Below, piece by piece: positions 26,201 through 38,490 of a stretch of 64,000 nt of DNA; position 1 is the stretch's first letter, and each line of letters begins with the position of its first letter. The DNA is from Mytilus californianus (lineage: Eukaryota). Where the stretch lies: assembly GCF_021869535.1 (NCBI RefSeq), contig NW_026262723.1, forward strand, positions 56,668,001 through 56,732,000, written 5' to 3'. Below the pieces are notes generated by a model. The model did no database searches, had not been told where the DNA came from, and worked only from the letters and a program-made list of their open reading frames with translations. Position numbers and translations under genes: made by a program.

Positions 26201-28840
26201 TCTTGTATTTGTTTAATTTATAAGACATTCCTTAACAATCAAAGATAGGGATGGTCCGAACCCTGATCCTCTAAATTGTTCCATTCTTCTTACTGGTCAA
26301 AATCATGTGTATTCACTGATTTTAATTTTTCCTTACAGTTTTGATTATAAAATAAATGAACATTGTTTGCTAATATACATTGACGTTTTTTGAAAAAAAA
26401 GGGGGATGGTAATCTTTTATTTGTTTTATTTGTAAGCAATTTTGAAACAATCAAAGAATGAGATGTTATTTTCCTTTCTTTGGGTACTATGAACATTGTT
26501 TGAAAGGTATAAAGAAAGAAAAATTGACAAGTATAAATAAGGAAAGTTGACAGGTAAAAATAAAGAGAAGTTGAAAAGTATAAAAAGGGGAAGTTGAAAG
26601 GTATAAATAAGGAGAAGTTGGATCAGGATCAACGACATTGTTTTCATTTGGAGAACAAATGAAGGTAAATATATTCTATTCATAGATAAATGAAAGAATA
26701 GGTGAAATGAACGTAGAACAACTACCACAAATTAATGACTTTTAACAGGACTATACACTAAAAATATAATGACATGTATTAGATATAGTCATTTCATATG
26801 TGAGTGGCGTCAGCGACGGAAGTATAAGAGCATTTATATCTGCTTTACAAAGAAGTAATACTAATGATAAATGATAATACTTGTATGTAAAATATCTTAC
26901 AATTATAACTTACATTGAAGTGTTATAATTTATCAGCAAAAAATCAGGATTTAGAGATTAAACCAGAAAAAGACAAGATAGTACAGCGATTCATATTGCC
27001 ATACAAAAGCTGTTTTAAGTTCCATGTATCAATTTGATGACAGCAAAACTAATTGCTCTTTTCAAAATAGAGAAACAATTTAATAATTATTCATTACTTC
27101 TATGTCTCATATCTTCGTGCTTACGCCACTGATATATGATAAGATTTATTTAATACTGATGCAGGTGTTGAGACTACTCTCCCTAATGTCAATGACAACG
27201 TGTTAATGAATCTACCGACAAGCAGTATAAATGTACACGATAACAAAATAAATGGTCATTTAAAATTTGCACGATGACAAAATTAATGGTAATTTATTTT
27301 TTTTTTGAAAAATTTGTTGATCCCGGTTAGATAATGTCAATGTCCTTTATCGTATCTGTGTTGAAATTACATAATATGAAAATACAATTTGCAAATGTAC
27401 TAGGTCCGAAACTTTTTTTGTTTTTGTTTTTAGATTTACCGTCATCAAGAACTCTCCAACCTAAAATTTGAAAGTCAAGGATGTATCAATACCTGTATAC
27501 GTAAGGAGCATGATATTGCCTAAGGGAGATGGCATTAAATTAAATTATTTTCATAAACTATTTCCGTACCGAAACACTGACGACTGAACTGATGATACCC
27601 CCGCGGGTAACAGTCCATCAGCAACCGACCAAGTGTTTGAAAATGAAAATAGATGATTGCAAAAAAGATTCTAGGGTGTAATCTCGGTAGAGGTTTATTT
27701 TTCTATCAATGTGAAAATTATATTGTTTGCATAGCTGGGTCATTTTCAAAATATGTCAAATTTTTAAATTGCAAAATTGAATTCAAGTTACTAATTCAAA
27801 CAACCCTCTTCATACGCAAACCAAAACAAACAGTACTTATGGAACAACATATAAAAAGACGTAATCTTGATAATGTCATACGAGAATATATTGAAACATT
27901 TTTTGATAGGTGGTGCAATATTTTGTCTCTCGTGTTACCATGTTCAAAAGGAAATTTCGGGTTATTTAGAAAAGGTTTCGATAAAATTTTAAGCTTGTTT
28001 TTCATAGCCAATAAGATGGTTTTCAATAGTAAAAATTTCTCTATATTTTCATTTTGTGTAATGACAGATTATTTGTCAATGTTCCGTGTTGTACTGAAAA
28101 ATACCGGTTTTCAAAGGTTTAAAAATAACCGCCTGCAACGCAAGTCTAAGATAGCAATTCATAATGTTCAGCATTTTTTTTTTTTCTCTTTCTAATAAAC
28201 CTAACATCAAGTAATTTCCTCGCATGTTGGTTTACTTTCGTCTTTTTTTTCAAAATAGATCTAAATCGTGTTTATTATTGATGTTCCGACTCTTAAACCC
28301 TACAAACTTTTATTTAAACACAACTGTATTTTCCTTCAAAAATATTGTTTTTTTAGTAAAGGTGTACTGAAAATTCGACATTTTTTGAAAATGGCCCAGC
28401 TGTTTAATTTAGGACACAATAAAAAAAAATTCAAGGTTGAAAATAAGACACACCTTCAAGTCAATGTGGAAATAACCGTTAAAGCGGTGAATACACAAGA
28501 ATGGCGTGTCGACGTTAAATAGGTAAATCGGTTAAGACAGATAGTAAATCAAATTACAAATTATAATAGGATAGTCCAGGGCCATAAAATATATAATAGA
28601 TAATCTAAATAACAATGGAAATGTTAAGATATGACTTTATTTGATTTAAATAACACAACTTGTTTTGTTTCCGTCTTGATGATCTTCGTGAATGTTGGAC
28701 AGGTTGACCATTGATTCATTCAGTCAAAAATACCAAGAGTTCGCGATAAGATCAAGATCAAAGGTCGTTGTACATGTCCAAAAATAATATGAATGTATGC
28801 GAACAATAAACGATACAATTTTGGGTTATTGTTCAAACGA
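23216..28840 (+). repeat. Tandem segmental duplication, copy B (5625 bp)
   Basis: Head-to-tail copy of 14726-23215 lacking about 15450-16460, one 865-bp unit and 21800-22630; carries an extra about 185 bp at 24716-24898. Confidence 0.92.
24025..28440 (-). pseudogene. Toll-like receptor pseudogene C' (duplicate of C)
   Basis: FQKMSNFQY, IAILDLRCRRL, LLKTILLAMKNKLKIL, FKNLTY, LPRLHPRIF (LRRs, 28390-27670); LFSCFKVKIVRL (LRR-CT); SRDQRGDDIALSSLSTILWFSLTIITLL (TIR, about 24115-24030). Confidence 0.72.
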
Positions 28841-30357
28841 ACAACGCGGTCAAAACTATTTAAGGCATTTTTAAACAAAAAAAAATCAGATATAGACAAG
28901 CTTTTAAATACGGATGAAAGATAGTTTGAATGCATTTAATATGGTTTAAGTGTCGCAATATACTACATCATGGGAATAATAAATGATGATATCTTTTAAT
29001 TTTAGTACAGTACAAATGTACTAGATTAAATATTGATCATCCAGATACTCTATATATATTTCGAAATAATTATTTGTGAATACTTCGAAATGGCGTCGAA
29101 TTTTTCATAACTTTTAAGCCTATCAGAATACTTTTGTTTCCGCTATCCCTACCTATTTTTAGTGTCTACCATGAAGAAATTTATGTGATCTTTGAACTAA
29201 CCCTGTTAAAGTCAGACTGTTTCCCATGTTCAAACGGTACTCGGTAAAAGTGGTAACCCGAACCCTAACCCGAACCGGAAATATAGTTTACATATATTAT
29301 GATCTTTGTTTTTCGTATTTTCGACAAACATTTAAGCATTTGATGTATAACTATTTTTGTTATCTCGTGTATAAAAAGGTTTTTGTTCTAACATCACTTA
29401 TAATGATACATTTTAGGTTTATTAATGTCCATTTCGTTAAAAGTGGTAACCCGAACCTGAAAGTTTTTCTTAAACCAAACCTTAATCTGTCCAAGTGTTT
29501 TAATTCGCTTTCTTATTTTATGTCCTGAATGTAATAATCTTTCATATTTTAACCAACATTTTTATTACAACTTTGACGAAAACTTGTTATTGTGGATATT
29601 CCAAAAGAGGGTTAGCCCGAACCGCAGCTGACTAAAGTTGTCGTCAATTTATTTCCGAGGGAAATCATATTAGAAATATTTCCCTGGGAAACTATAATAT
29701 TTCTGGTACAAAATATCGGAAATCCTTACGCGTAAATAGTACCATCTTGCTTTCTATTTCCCTGGGAAACTTTTCATGAATACCAGTTGAATATGTATAG
29801 TTTCCCAGGGAAACATTTTTGTAGTCTGTTTTCTATTCAAATCATTCATTTGCGTTAAAACATATATACTTTTTGGCTATTCTTTTTCATAAAAAATAGT
29901 CCTATGTGAGATATTCCTTTTTGTATCTCTGATTGGTCGTGTAATTCTATGAAATTTAACTTTCAATGTTAAGATGATTTCAATAAGTAATATTGAATCA
30001 TGATCAGAAATCTATGAATTTTTCTTACATTGTATATAGAGAAAAGTAAAATTTCTATTGTTTCCAACACAAAGCACGTTCTCTTTGGATATTATTTATT
30101 TTCTCAACAACAAAAAAAGTAGTTTATGTGTGTATATTTTTCAAATTTAAAGTGTCAATTACCTTTTTCCTGTTCGTTATAATATTATTTTTTTCGTATG
30201 AAGTATTCTAATAGTCAGCCGAATATCAGAAGCAGTGCTAAATCCTGATTTGAACTCTTTGTAGTTTTATACATTTTTTTATTTTAAATAATAATTGTTT
30301 TTTAATTAGACAATTTTTATTGCTATATTTTTTTCCTGGATCATATTCAATTGACTC

Positions 30358-30615
30358 TTACAAACAATTTTTTAAACAAGATACTCTATTGTTTAAAGTC
30401 GTCAGTAGTGATAAGACTATAAAAATCATACTACAAGATAATTCATATGATTCAGACGCAAGTCTCTGCAACTGAATCAACAAACGGGAACGTTTCCGGT
30501 GGTTTCGTGTGTGGTCTATCTTTTTGTTGAGCCTATTTAGCGCTTGGTCAATTTGCATCATCTTCTTTTGTATACGGTGCATCTTCCTCTCATAATCAAC
30601 AGCTCCACTTGCCAT
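30358..30615 (-). CDS. Hypothetical 85-aa basic coiled-coil protein
   Basis: Open frame with context aaaaATGG; heptad-like K/R/Q/L-rich N-terminus, unlike the F/I/Y/N-rich chance ORFs elsewhere; no recognised homology. Confidence 0.35.
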   Translation of the reverse strand: MASGAVDYERKMHRIQKKMMQIDQALNRLNKKIDHTRNHRKRSRLLIQLQRLASESYELSCSMIFIVLSLLTTLNNRVSCLKNCL

Positions 30616-32626
30616 TTTTTCTCAAATAACATTCAATATCTAATATCACTTCTTTTATAGCAAATTTTCTTATCAATTAGTAAATAATTGTGTTATGAAA
30701 ACACATGTCTAAACACCCTCAAGAATAATTTTATCAAAATGAAGAAAGAAAAAGCTTAGGGACTCTTACTTTGATGAAGTTGAACGATTGTATGATTTTA
30801 ATAGTTTTCTTATAAGAAAGTTCACTCACCCTTAGTCTTTCTTGAAATATATTTGAACCATATTTTTTACACAGTCTTTTTGCTTTTAAACCGTCGAAAT
30901 CAAACAAATTTTTTTAATGTCTTTTATGCGCTTTATTATTAAATAGATTTCAATAAAACATTACAAAGACCAAAAACTACCTCATCTACTTCCTGTTTCC
31001 GTGCGATATCTTTAAATTTGCTTCATGTAAAGACTGTATCTTTTCAGACTGAATATTTTCTCAATCATTTCTCTATTTAAATTATCTCTAAAAGGCAAAG
31101 TTTTCTTTTATAATTTGATTAAGATTAATTAAAAATGAAATGGGAAACAAAACCAACAGGAAGTCGAAACGTAAATGATATATAGCACTGTATATTTTAA
31201 AACGAAAAGGCAACAATACTGTAAAAAAAGAGTTTGGTATATATTTAAAAAAATATCGGAAAACAGAAAGTGGCTGCACGGCTGCGTTAAAAATTAATTA
31301 CACACAACAATTCAACATAACGAAGCACTAGAACAAATATAAAATCATTTCCTTTCATAGAAGCCAGCCAAGAAAAGTTTAACGCACGTTTTCTACGCAA
31401 ATGTTTCGAACTAGCGAATGGACGGAGTAACGAATTGACGGACAGAATAAGCGATTACTAGAAATGCTTTAGCCGTTTATGACACAGATAAAATAACTGC
31501 TGATCTGTTGGCCGTTTAGGCAGAAATATTAAACGGAAAAAATATTTTACGTATAACAAGTGTGGACACAGATCAGTGTGGATAGTCTGTTTGGATGTAT
31601 GACAGTGTTTTCTGACAAAAAAGAGTTCTCTGGTTTTTTCCCATAGGGTTCTATGTTGAACTGTTGTGCACAGTGACAGCCAACCTGTACCAAACACTGA
31701 AAATAGCAGTGTCTTATTTAATATTGAGTTTTAATGTTCGACTGTCATGGAGGAGACACTACTTTAAAACATTCATCATTCATCCGACTGTTCATAGATT
31801 TTATTTAGCTAGACATTTAATATCAATTCTACATACTGGCCAACGTACTATGAGTGCTTCGTTTATATAATATTAACATTCCTTAATATTATAAAATTCC
31901 TCCAAAAATTGTGCATGTGCAACGTTTCATTGGAGGATTTCCTTTCAACATTTTTACTTTGAAATAACTTCTATTTGCATATGAATACATTAACATTTTT
32001 AAAAATGATCCAACAAGGGAACACAGCTAGTTGGGTGTACTCCAACGCTGGAGAGATTTACGTAAAGAAGTGGAAGATTGGAGGGATTGCCAAATGATTC
32101 CGATAAAATAAGTTCCAAAATAAAATTTCATTTTGGATAGCAGCAAAACTCAAAATCAAGAGGACCACATTAGGTGCATTTCTGCATAATGTGATTTCAG
32201 TATGCAAGATGGTGTCCGAGAACCTGCATGCATGTAATATTTGTATGGTTTTATTTATGTTCCTTTGAGGTGGTCATTTCTTACTTGGGTTTGTCCTCAT
32301 AAAACTGAAAATTTGTTCCGGATCTTTCCAGTATCATTAGTAAATGATTTTGTTTAAATGTGGAAATTGTTTCTATGAAGACATATTATGGTTTTGAGAA
32401 ACGATAATATATATTAGATCCGGCAGATTCCAATACAGATGCTCATAACTCCTACAAACTGATTTAAATTCTTTTAGATATGAACAGGATTAACGGACAA
32501 TAGGATTAAAAAAAAAAAAAAAAAAATTTGGGGGGGGGGAGGGCTAGGATGAAATTTGCAAAAAAGGACAGGACAGGAGTTTTCAGTAAATAAAAAGTCA
32601 GGATGACATTTTATGTAAATAAATGT

Positions 32627-32815
32627 GGATAGTGTCCACATGTGGACACAGATGATGCCCCCGCTTGCATTTCATATAGTTATAACGGGACATAACTGAA
32701 GAACGGTAAAAGTGATGCTACCCAAATTTGAACTTAATCTGAGTTTGGTGGTAATAAACATTGTGTGTAAGTCTCATAACATTGGTTCAGGCTAACTTAA
32801 GTAGAGAACAGAAAC
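32627..32815 (+). mobile_element. Bivalve interspersed repeat fragment (HINE/Helentron-like)
   Basis: gtggacacagatgatgcccccgcttgc ... tttgaacttaatctg...gtggtaataaacattgtg; family recognised from memory only. Confidence 0.45.
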
Positions 32816-33110
32816 TAAAAATTCAGCAATTTTTACGTATAAATATCATTTATCATACTAAAGTATATATGTCATTCAGAATCAATAGCACGAGGATAAT
32901 TTACTTATATTTCCCATTCCACAATAACTAATCAGTGATACTTTGAAGCGTTGGAATAGGACTGTTAAAAATATTAGAATTTTTTGTTTTTAAATCCACG
33001 GTAAAGTGATGTTTTGTGGAATTATTTTGACTTTCTATGAAATTCTGTAACATTTTTTTTTAGATTGTAATTTCCATTAATTAATAACCATAGAACAATA
33101 CCGACAAAGT

Positions 33111-33357
33111 GGTTGTCGTTGGTTCATTTCTGTCATATTTGTTTTTCGTTAATTGTTTTGTTATAAATTATGCCGTTTGTTTTCTCAATTGAATTGTTTC
33201 ATACTTTTCATGTTGGGGCCTTTTATAGCCGACTATACGATATGGGTTTGTCTTATTGTTGAAGGCCGTATGATTGCCTATAATTGCTTACATCCACCTT
33301 ATTTGAACTTTGGTTGATAGTTGTTTCATTGGCAATCATACCTCATCTTCTTATTTT
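33111..33357 (-). mobile_element. Family A repeat copy
   Basis: Reverse complement of aaaataagaagatgaggtatgattgccaatgaaacaact ... ggctataaaaggcccc. Confidence 0.8.
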
Positions 33358-33517
33358 ATGAAGGAATGAATATCTTTCTTTCTCACTTTACTTATTAATT
33401 TTTGATTAACCCGTGTGCATCCAAGCTGAAGAAACGGCTCATTTTCTTGTATTAACATTTATTCATTTTTTGTATGTATGCATGCATGCATGGTACATAC
33501 ATACAAAACATACATAT

Positions 33518-33545
33518 ACAGACAGACAGACAGACAGACAGACAG
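33518..33545. repeat. (GACA)n microsatellite
   Basis: cagacagacagacagacagacagacag seen directly. Confidence 0.9.
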
Positions 33546-33967
33546 ATTCGGTTTACCACTTATTTCGGTAGAAATGAAATAAATGGTTTTTGATACAGTT
33601 TGAAAACAAATCTTTGTTTATATGAGATGGAAAATGATATTCATCACATGAAATTAGAGATTTCTTTCAAGAAATCAGGTAACAGAGAAAATCAAGAAAA
33701 ATGAGATTCCGAGTTCGGGTTACCACTTTTACCAAGGTGGAAATATAAAAAAAAACATGATTTTTCAAGCTTTGGTAAGTTTAGAACAAAAACATACTCA
33801 TACATAACATAAAGCTTTAAATTCTACACTATGTACATGAATGTTTGTAACAAAAATATGATATAGAAAGATTACAAAATATGTTTAAAGATTTCCGGTT
33901 CGGCGAATTTCCGGTAAACTCCGGTTCGGCGAATTTCCGGCAAATTCTGGTTTTTTAAATAAAAATT

Positions 33968-34592
33968 AAAGAATCTTTGTGAGCACGCTCACATACCCCA
34001 CGCCCTCCACATTGTCACAGGGCAAACAAAATATCACAAGATTCTCAAGTTCAAAGACTCATAACAGCTACAAAAGTCAACTGATCAAAATTTCTTGTGA
34101 ATATGCTCATCTATATAGTATGTCCTAATAATTATCTACAAAGTTTTATGAAATTCTCTTTCGTGGAATCAGATGAGTTGCGATGACAAACTGTTCAAGT
34201 AGTATATTAAGGCCAAAATTCTATCTTCAAATGGGCATAACTTCTAGAAAAAAAAATTGAATCATAATTTCCTGTATATATGCACATCTACATAGATTGC
34301 CTTATTATCTACAAAGTTTCGTGAAATTCTGTTGTGTGGATTTCGAGGAGTTGCGATGACAAACTGTTGCAATAGTACATTCAGGCCAAAATTCTAAGTT
34401 CAAAGAGGCATAACTCCGAGAAAAAATATTGAATCATAATTTCGTGTCGATATGCACATCTACATAGAATGTCCTTGATATCTACAAAGTGAAATTCTGT
34501 TGTGTGGTTTCAGAGGAGTTGAGATGACAAGAAAAGGACTGACGGACTGACGGACGGACTGACGGGCGGACTGACAGGTCATAAACATTATA
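33968..34592 (+). mobile_element. pearl/CvA/MgE-like element (HINE) with internal satellite array
   Basis: 5' aagaatctttgtgagcacgctc, three about 175-bp core repeats (starts near 34041, 34218, 34391), then a GACG/GACT tetranucleotide tract (about 34535-34578): the known architecture of this bivalve family. Confidence 0.78.
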
Positions 34593-34779
34593 TATAAAAA
34601 TTAAAAGAAAATTACCTACCTATTTTAAAAACAGTATATGTACTGTACTTCTTTCATACATCGATTTCGTATCCTGTGTTTTATCATAAAAAGTATCAAA
34701 TTCAGAAAATAATAGTTCAGTCGCCTGCGATAGAAAAAAATACTTGTGTTTTCTCCATAGCCCTTGATGTTTTATTGTT

Positions 34780-35130
34780 GTCGAGTTTTGAGTTGCTAGA
34801 TGAGCAAGTCGAGTTACGAGTTTTGAAAGTCGAGTTGCGTGTTATAAAAGTCGAGTTAAGAGTAACAAAATTTGAATTGCTAGTTTAAACAAAAGACCAG
34901 TTGGGAGTTAAAAAAAAGGTCGAGTTGAGAGGTATAAAATTCGAATTGCGATTTAAAAAATGTGGAAATGCGAGCTGAAAAAGTCGAGTTGCGAGTTAAA
35001 AAAGAGTCGACTTGTGGGTTACAAAAGTAAAGTTGAGAGTTAAGAAAGTCTAGTTGCTAGTTAAAAAAAGTCTAGTTGCGAGTTAAGAAAGTCGAGTTAC
35101 TAGTTGAAAAAATCGAGTTGCAAGTTAAGA
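34780..35130 (+). repeat. 21-bp minisatellite (aaaagtcgagttgcgagttat)
   Basis: Degenerate tandem units; produces the spurious VELRVIK ORF. Confidence 0.85.
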
Positions 35131-35972
35131 AGTCTAAAATCCTTGCAGTTATCTTTGAAAACTAAAGAAGTCTGTGGTTAACGCCACTTTAAACACTGTA
35201 CGTTGAATTATTAGTTTTAGTGATGGAGGAAGTTGGAATACCCGAAAAAAAAATCTGACCTAAGGGGGTGGGAGGGAAACTGGAATTCGAAATTAATTGC
35301 GATTTGAGTCGAATGCACATTCCTACGCTCACAACATAAGAATAGTTATTCCGGCAAGAATAAATGAAATATATTCTGACCCTTGTCTGAGTTGAAACAA
35401 ATAATCTAGCTGCCGTTAAGTGTTATGTACTCTTTTGTCGTTTCAGTGCTAAACATTTAGAAATATTTTAGAAAATTTACAACCTTTCCCCGTGTACTCA
35501 GATATTTGACAATTCTGTACGTAATAGATAGAGAATAAATACATGCAGTGTTAGCAATAATTTCCCTTAAACAACTTTTTTGAATAAAGATATTAATTAA
35601 AACAAGAACAAATATGAACCACTTCAAGTACACCTTCTAGAGTGCGCTCGACTTCTGTTAATAAGCGCGAGGTTATTATTTATTTTGTAAAGGTTATTTA
35701 GGACCTTTTCTGCACAATAAACACTAGCACAATATGGACAAACAATCGAGTAATCTATTTTTCAAATGTTATAACGAAAATCTCTGTAATAAAGCTTGGG
35801 TATTTTTTTCAGGTTTCCCTGTGATCTCTGTAAAAAAATGGAACGTATTTTTATTCAGTATTTTTGCTGTTTTATAATATTGCACTTTTGGAATTTCGTA
35901 ACAAACAGACATACAGAAGGTGTCATAAACCTTAAGCAAAGTAAATTTATACTTTTTTTCCCATATGAATAG

Positions 35973-36057
35973 AAAAATAAGAAGATGTGGTATGAGTGCC
36001 AATGAGACAACTCTCCATCCAAGTCACAATGTGTAAAAAGTAAACAATTATAGGTCA
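35973..36057 (+). mobile_element. Family A repeat, 5' fragment
   Basis: aaaaataagaagatgtggtatgagtgccaatgagacaactctccatccaagtcac. Confidence 0.85.
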
Positions 36058-36834
36058 ATAGTTTTTTTAATTATATTATCAAGGCGTCGCTTAACCTTGC
36101 TTTAAATAAATCAAGACGGATTCTTAGGGTTACGGAAATATGCAAGTGTGAAGTGACTTCTTGGCCAGGGGTCCATGTGGCAAATTGACACAGCCGCATC
36201 ATAAAGCAACCAATCAGAGTCTATATGTGATTAGTAATTATTTCAAGATGGCGTGTATATCAACTGAAACTAATAGCTCCCCACCGTGATGAGAAGCAAT
36301 AACAGTCGTTGGCAAGTTGTTCTGTTTGTCACTGTATATATTGTATAAGACTTTTTAGATAACTTAGGGCTATGCTGGACGTTATTTTATATTTTGAAAG
36401 AGTTCATATTTAGAACGTCACTGTAGATACGTTTGATAACGCAAGCCTGTGTCTGTTTCTCTTTGGGAAAACAGTGGAGTGAGAATCAAACAAAACACTG
36501 CAGATACAAGAGGTAACGTGAGGGTACCCAAATTGCACCTATTTTGACAGTTTTTTTCACCTACGTTTATTTATTATCCAGACAAAAAGTTCCATTTTGT
36601 GTTTATTTTGTAGGTGTATCATTATTTACTATATCAGCAGTTCCACCAATTTAATTTTGAATCCATATTGGATCATAGAAAAATGGGTTTGAACTGACCT
36701 CCAAACGACCAGATAAGGTCCGTAATGAGGAGTACCCAAATGGCATCCGTAAAAATCGAATAACAAATGTTTTGTTTTAGTTTTCAAAAATAATTATAAC
36801 AATACGCTGATATTGTGAGTGTATCAGGATAGCC

Positions 36835-36898
36835 CCGATATTCCGACACCCCATTGGTCCAACACCCCAATAGTCCGACACCTCATTAGTCCGACATC
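36835..36898. repeat. 16-bp tandem repeat (ccgacacccca-tagt)
   Basis: Four degenerate units seen directly. Confidence 0.7.
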
Positions 36899-37762
36899 GA
36901 AATATTTTTTGAAAAGTATTTATTTTTATTTTAGATGCCACGTTTTTTCAATATCAGGCGGATGACATTGTCCTTCGAGGGAACGGATGATGCAAATTAT
37001 CAACATAAGTAAAAGAACGTCATCACCAGCGTAATTAAAAGCACAAACTACCTTGTAAAGTGTTGTTTAATTATTTAGATATCTCTGGATACACTATCTC
37101 TCATATACAGGTTAAAGGGGACGCAGTAAGAAAATAAGGGAACCAATGAAGCGTTGGTGTTTATACGATAATATGTGTGAATATAGCTTGAGTGAATAAG
37201 ACAGACACGTTTGTTTCTAGATTATCTTAAGCAATAAAAAGTAATAATGGTTAACTAAATTTAAAACTCCTAAATAAATTTAATTGATTTTTTTTAAAGG
37301 GGAGCTACAATGTAACAGTAATTCCATTATTTGAAGAAGAACACCGATCTAGTTTGTCTATTTGGGCACCAATATTTTAAACAAATGTTATTAGGACAGT
37401 ACACTTGTCTTGAAGTGTTCTACCGTAATTTTGCTCTTTACAAACAGCGGATAAACTGGTTAAATTATTATCTCCCTTCCAAGTTATAATCTTCAGTGTT
37501 TGACGCGTTTACCATCAGGAATCTACTGACTATGAGTTTACAAAAATATGTTCTGGTAATAGTAATAGGGGAAAATAACAATCCAGTAGGGTTATCATAA
37601 TTTTTTTCGACATGACAAATGATAGGATTATCAGGTTATTGGATTTTTGTATAAAATCAGTATGTTTCTCTGCTATGAACAATTCTTCAGATCTAACGGA
37701 CCAACTACTATTTAATTCGTTAATAGCTGTATATGTCACTGAAACATGCCAATACTACTTAA

Positions 37763-38077
37763 GGATGTTCGCTATTCTGTTTCAGAATAACAAGCTTTTC
37801 AAAAGACTGTTATAAAATGATTGTATATAAATAAAGGAACTAAAAAAGCAGAACAAAGTTAAAGGTCCGTGTGCTTGTTTTCGAGATATATATAAGCCAT
37901 TGAAAATTTGGCGGGAAATGATTCTCTCTAGATTTTTCATACTTTTAACATTGTCCGCTTTTCTCTTTTGAAAACTGTGAAAAAATAACAAGGATTTTAT
38001 AAAATGGCAAAACATGAATAAAACCAGAGGATTCCGAAAGTCTGGCAAAACTTCAAAAACAAGAGGAGCGAACATCC
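37763..38077. mobile_element. Non-autonomous Kolobok-like DNA transposon (315 bp)
   Basis: TTAA at 37759-62 and 38078-81 flank TIRs GGATGTTCGCT / AGCGAACATCC. A TTAA TSD with RR...YY termini is the Kolobok signature. Confidence 0.78.
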
Positions 38078-38124
38078 TTAATAATATATGTTTGAAGCTA
38101 TTAAAATAAGGCATAGAAGTTAAA

Positions 38125-38490
38125 GAAAGAACTACTATTGATTCATTGTTGTTTGCTTTACGTCCAGTGGCAAATATTTCATTCATGTTCAAGATGAAAA
38201 CTAATTGGCAATAAATACAATAGGTTACCGGGTATGTCCTGTATTAGGGGTCAACTGGAATGAAGGGAAGGGAATTTGGAATGCTACTAGAAAATAAGGG
38301 TATATTAAATAGGCTGGGAAAGAGATTTATCCTTCAACAGACAAAAATATAAAGGCCCTTCAGAGAGTTGTTGTAAGGGTTCTTAAAGTGCAAAGAGTGT
38401 GGCTCTCTCATTACACGAGGCATCGGATTTTACGTCCCCACTCTAACTAGTACTGGACGTGGATGCGAATTAAACATCCCGCACAGCAAA
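38125..38490 (-). mobile_element. SINE copy
   Basis: Reverse complement has gtggggacgtaaaatccgatgcctcgtgtaatgagagagccacactctttgcactttaagaaccc and tail gaaatatttgccactggacgtaaagcaaacaacaatgaatcaat. Confidence 0.7.

Noticed and set aside
27653-28195. 180-aa plus-strand ORF (and 21194-21478) as a novel gene
   Set aside because: It is antisense to a clear LRR reading on the minus strand and is broken by stops in the duplicate copy.
29652-29813. CRISPR-like repeat array (also considered for 9820-10432 and 34040-34530)
   Set aside because: Repeats are too short or irregular, spacing is not constant, there are no cas genes, and the context is eukaryotic.
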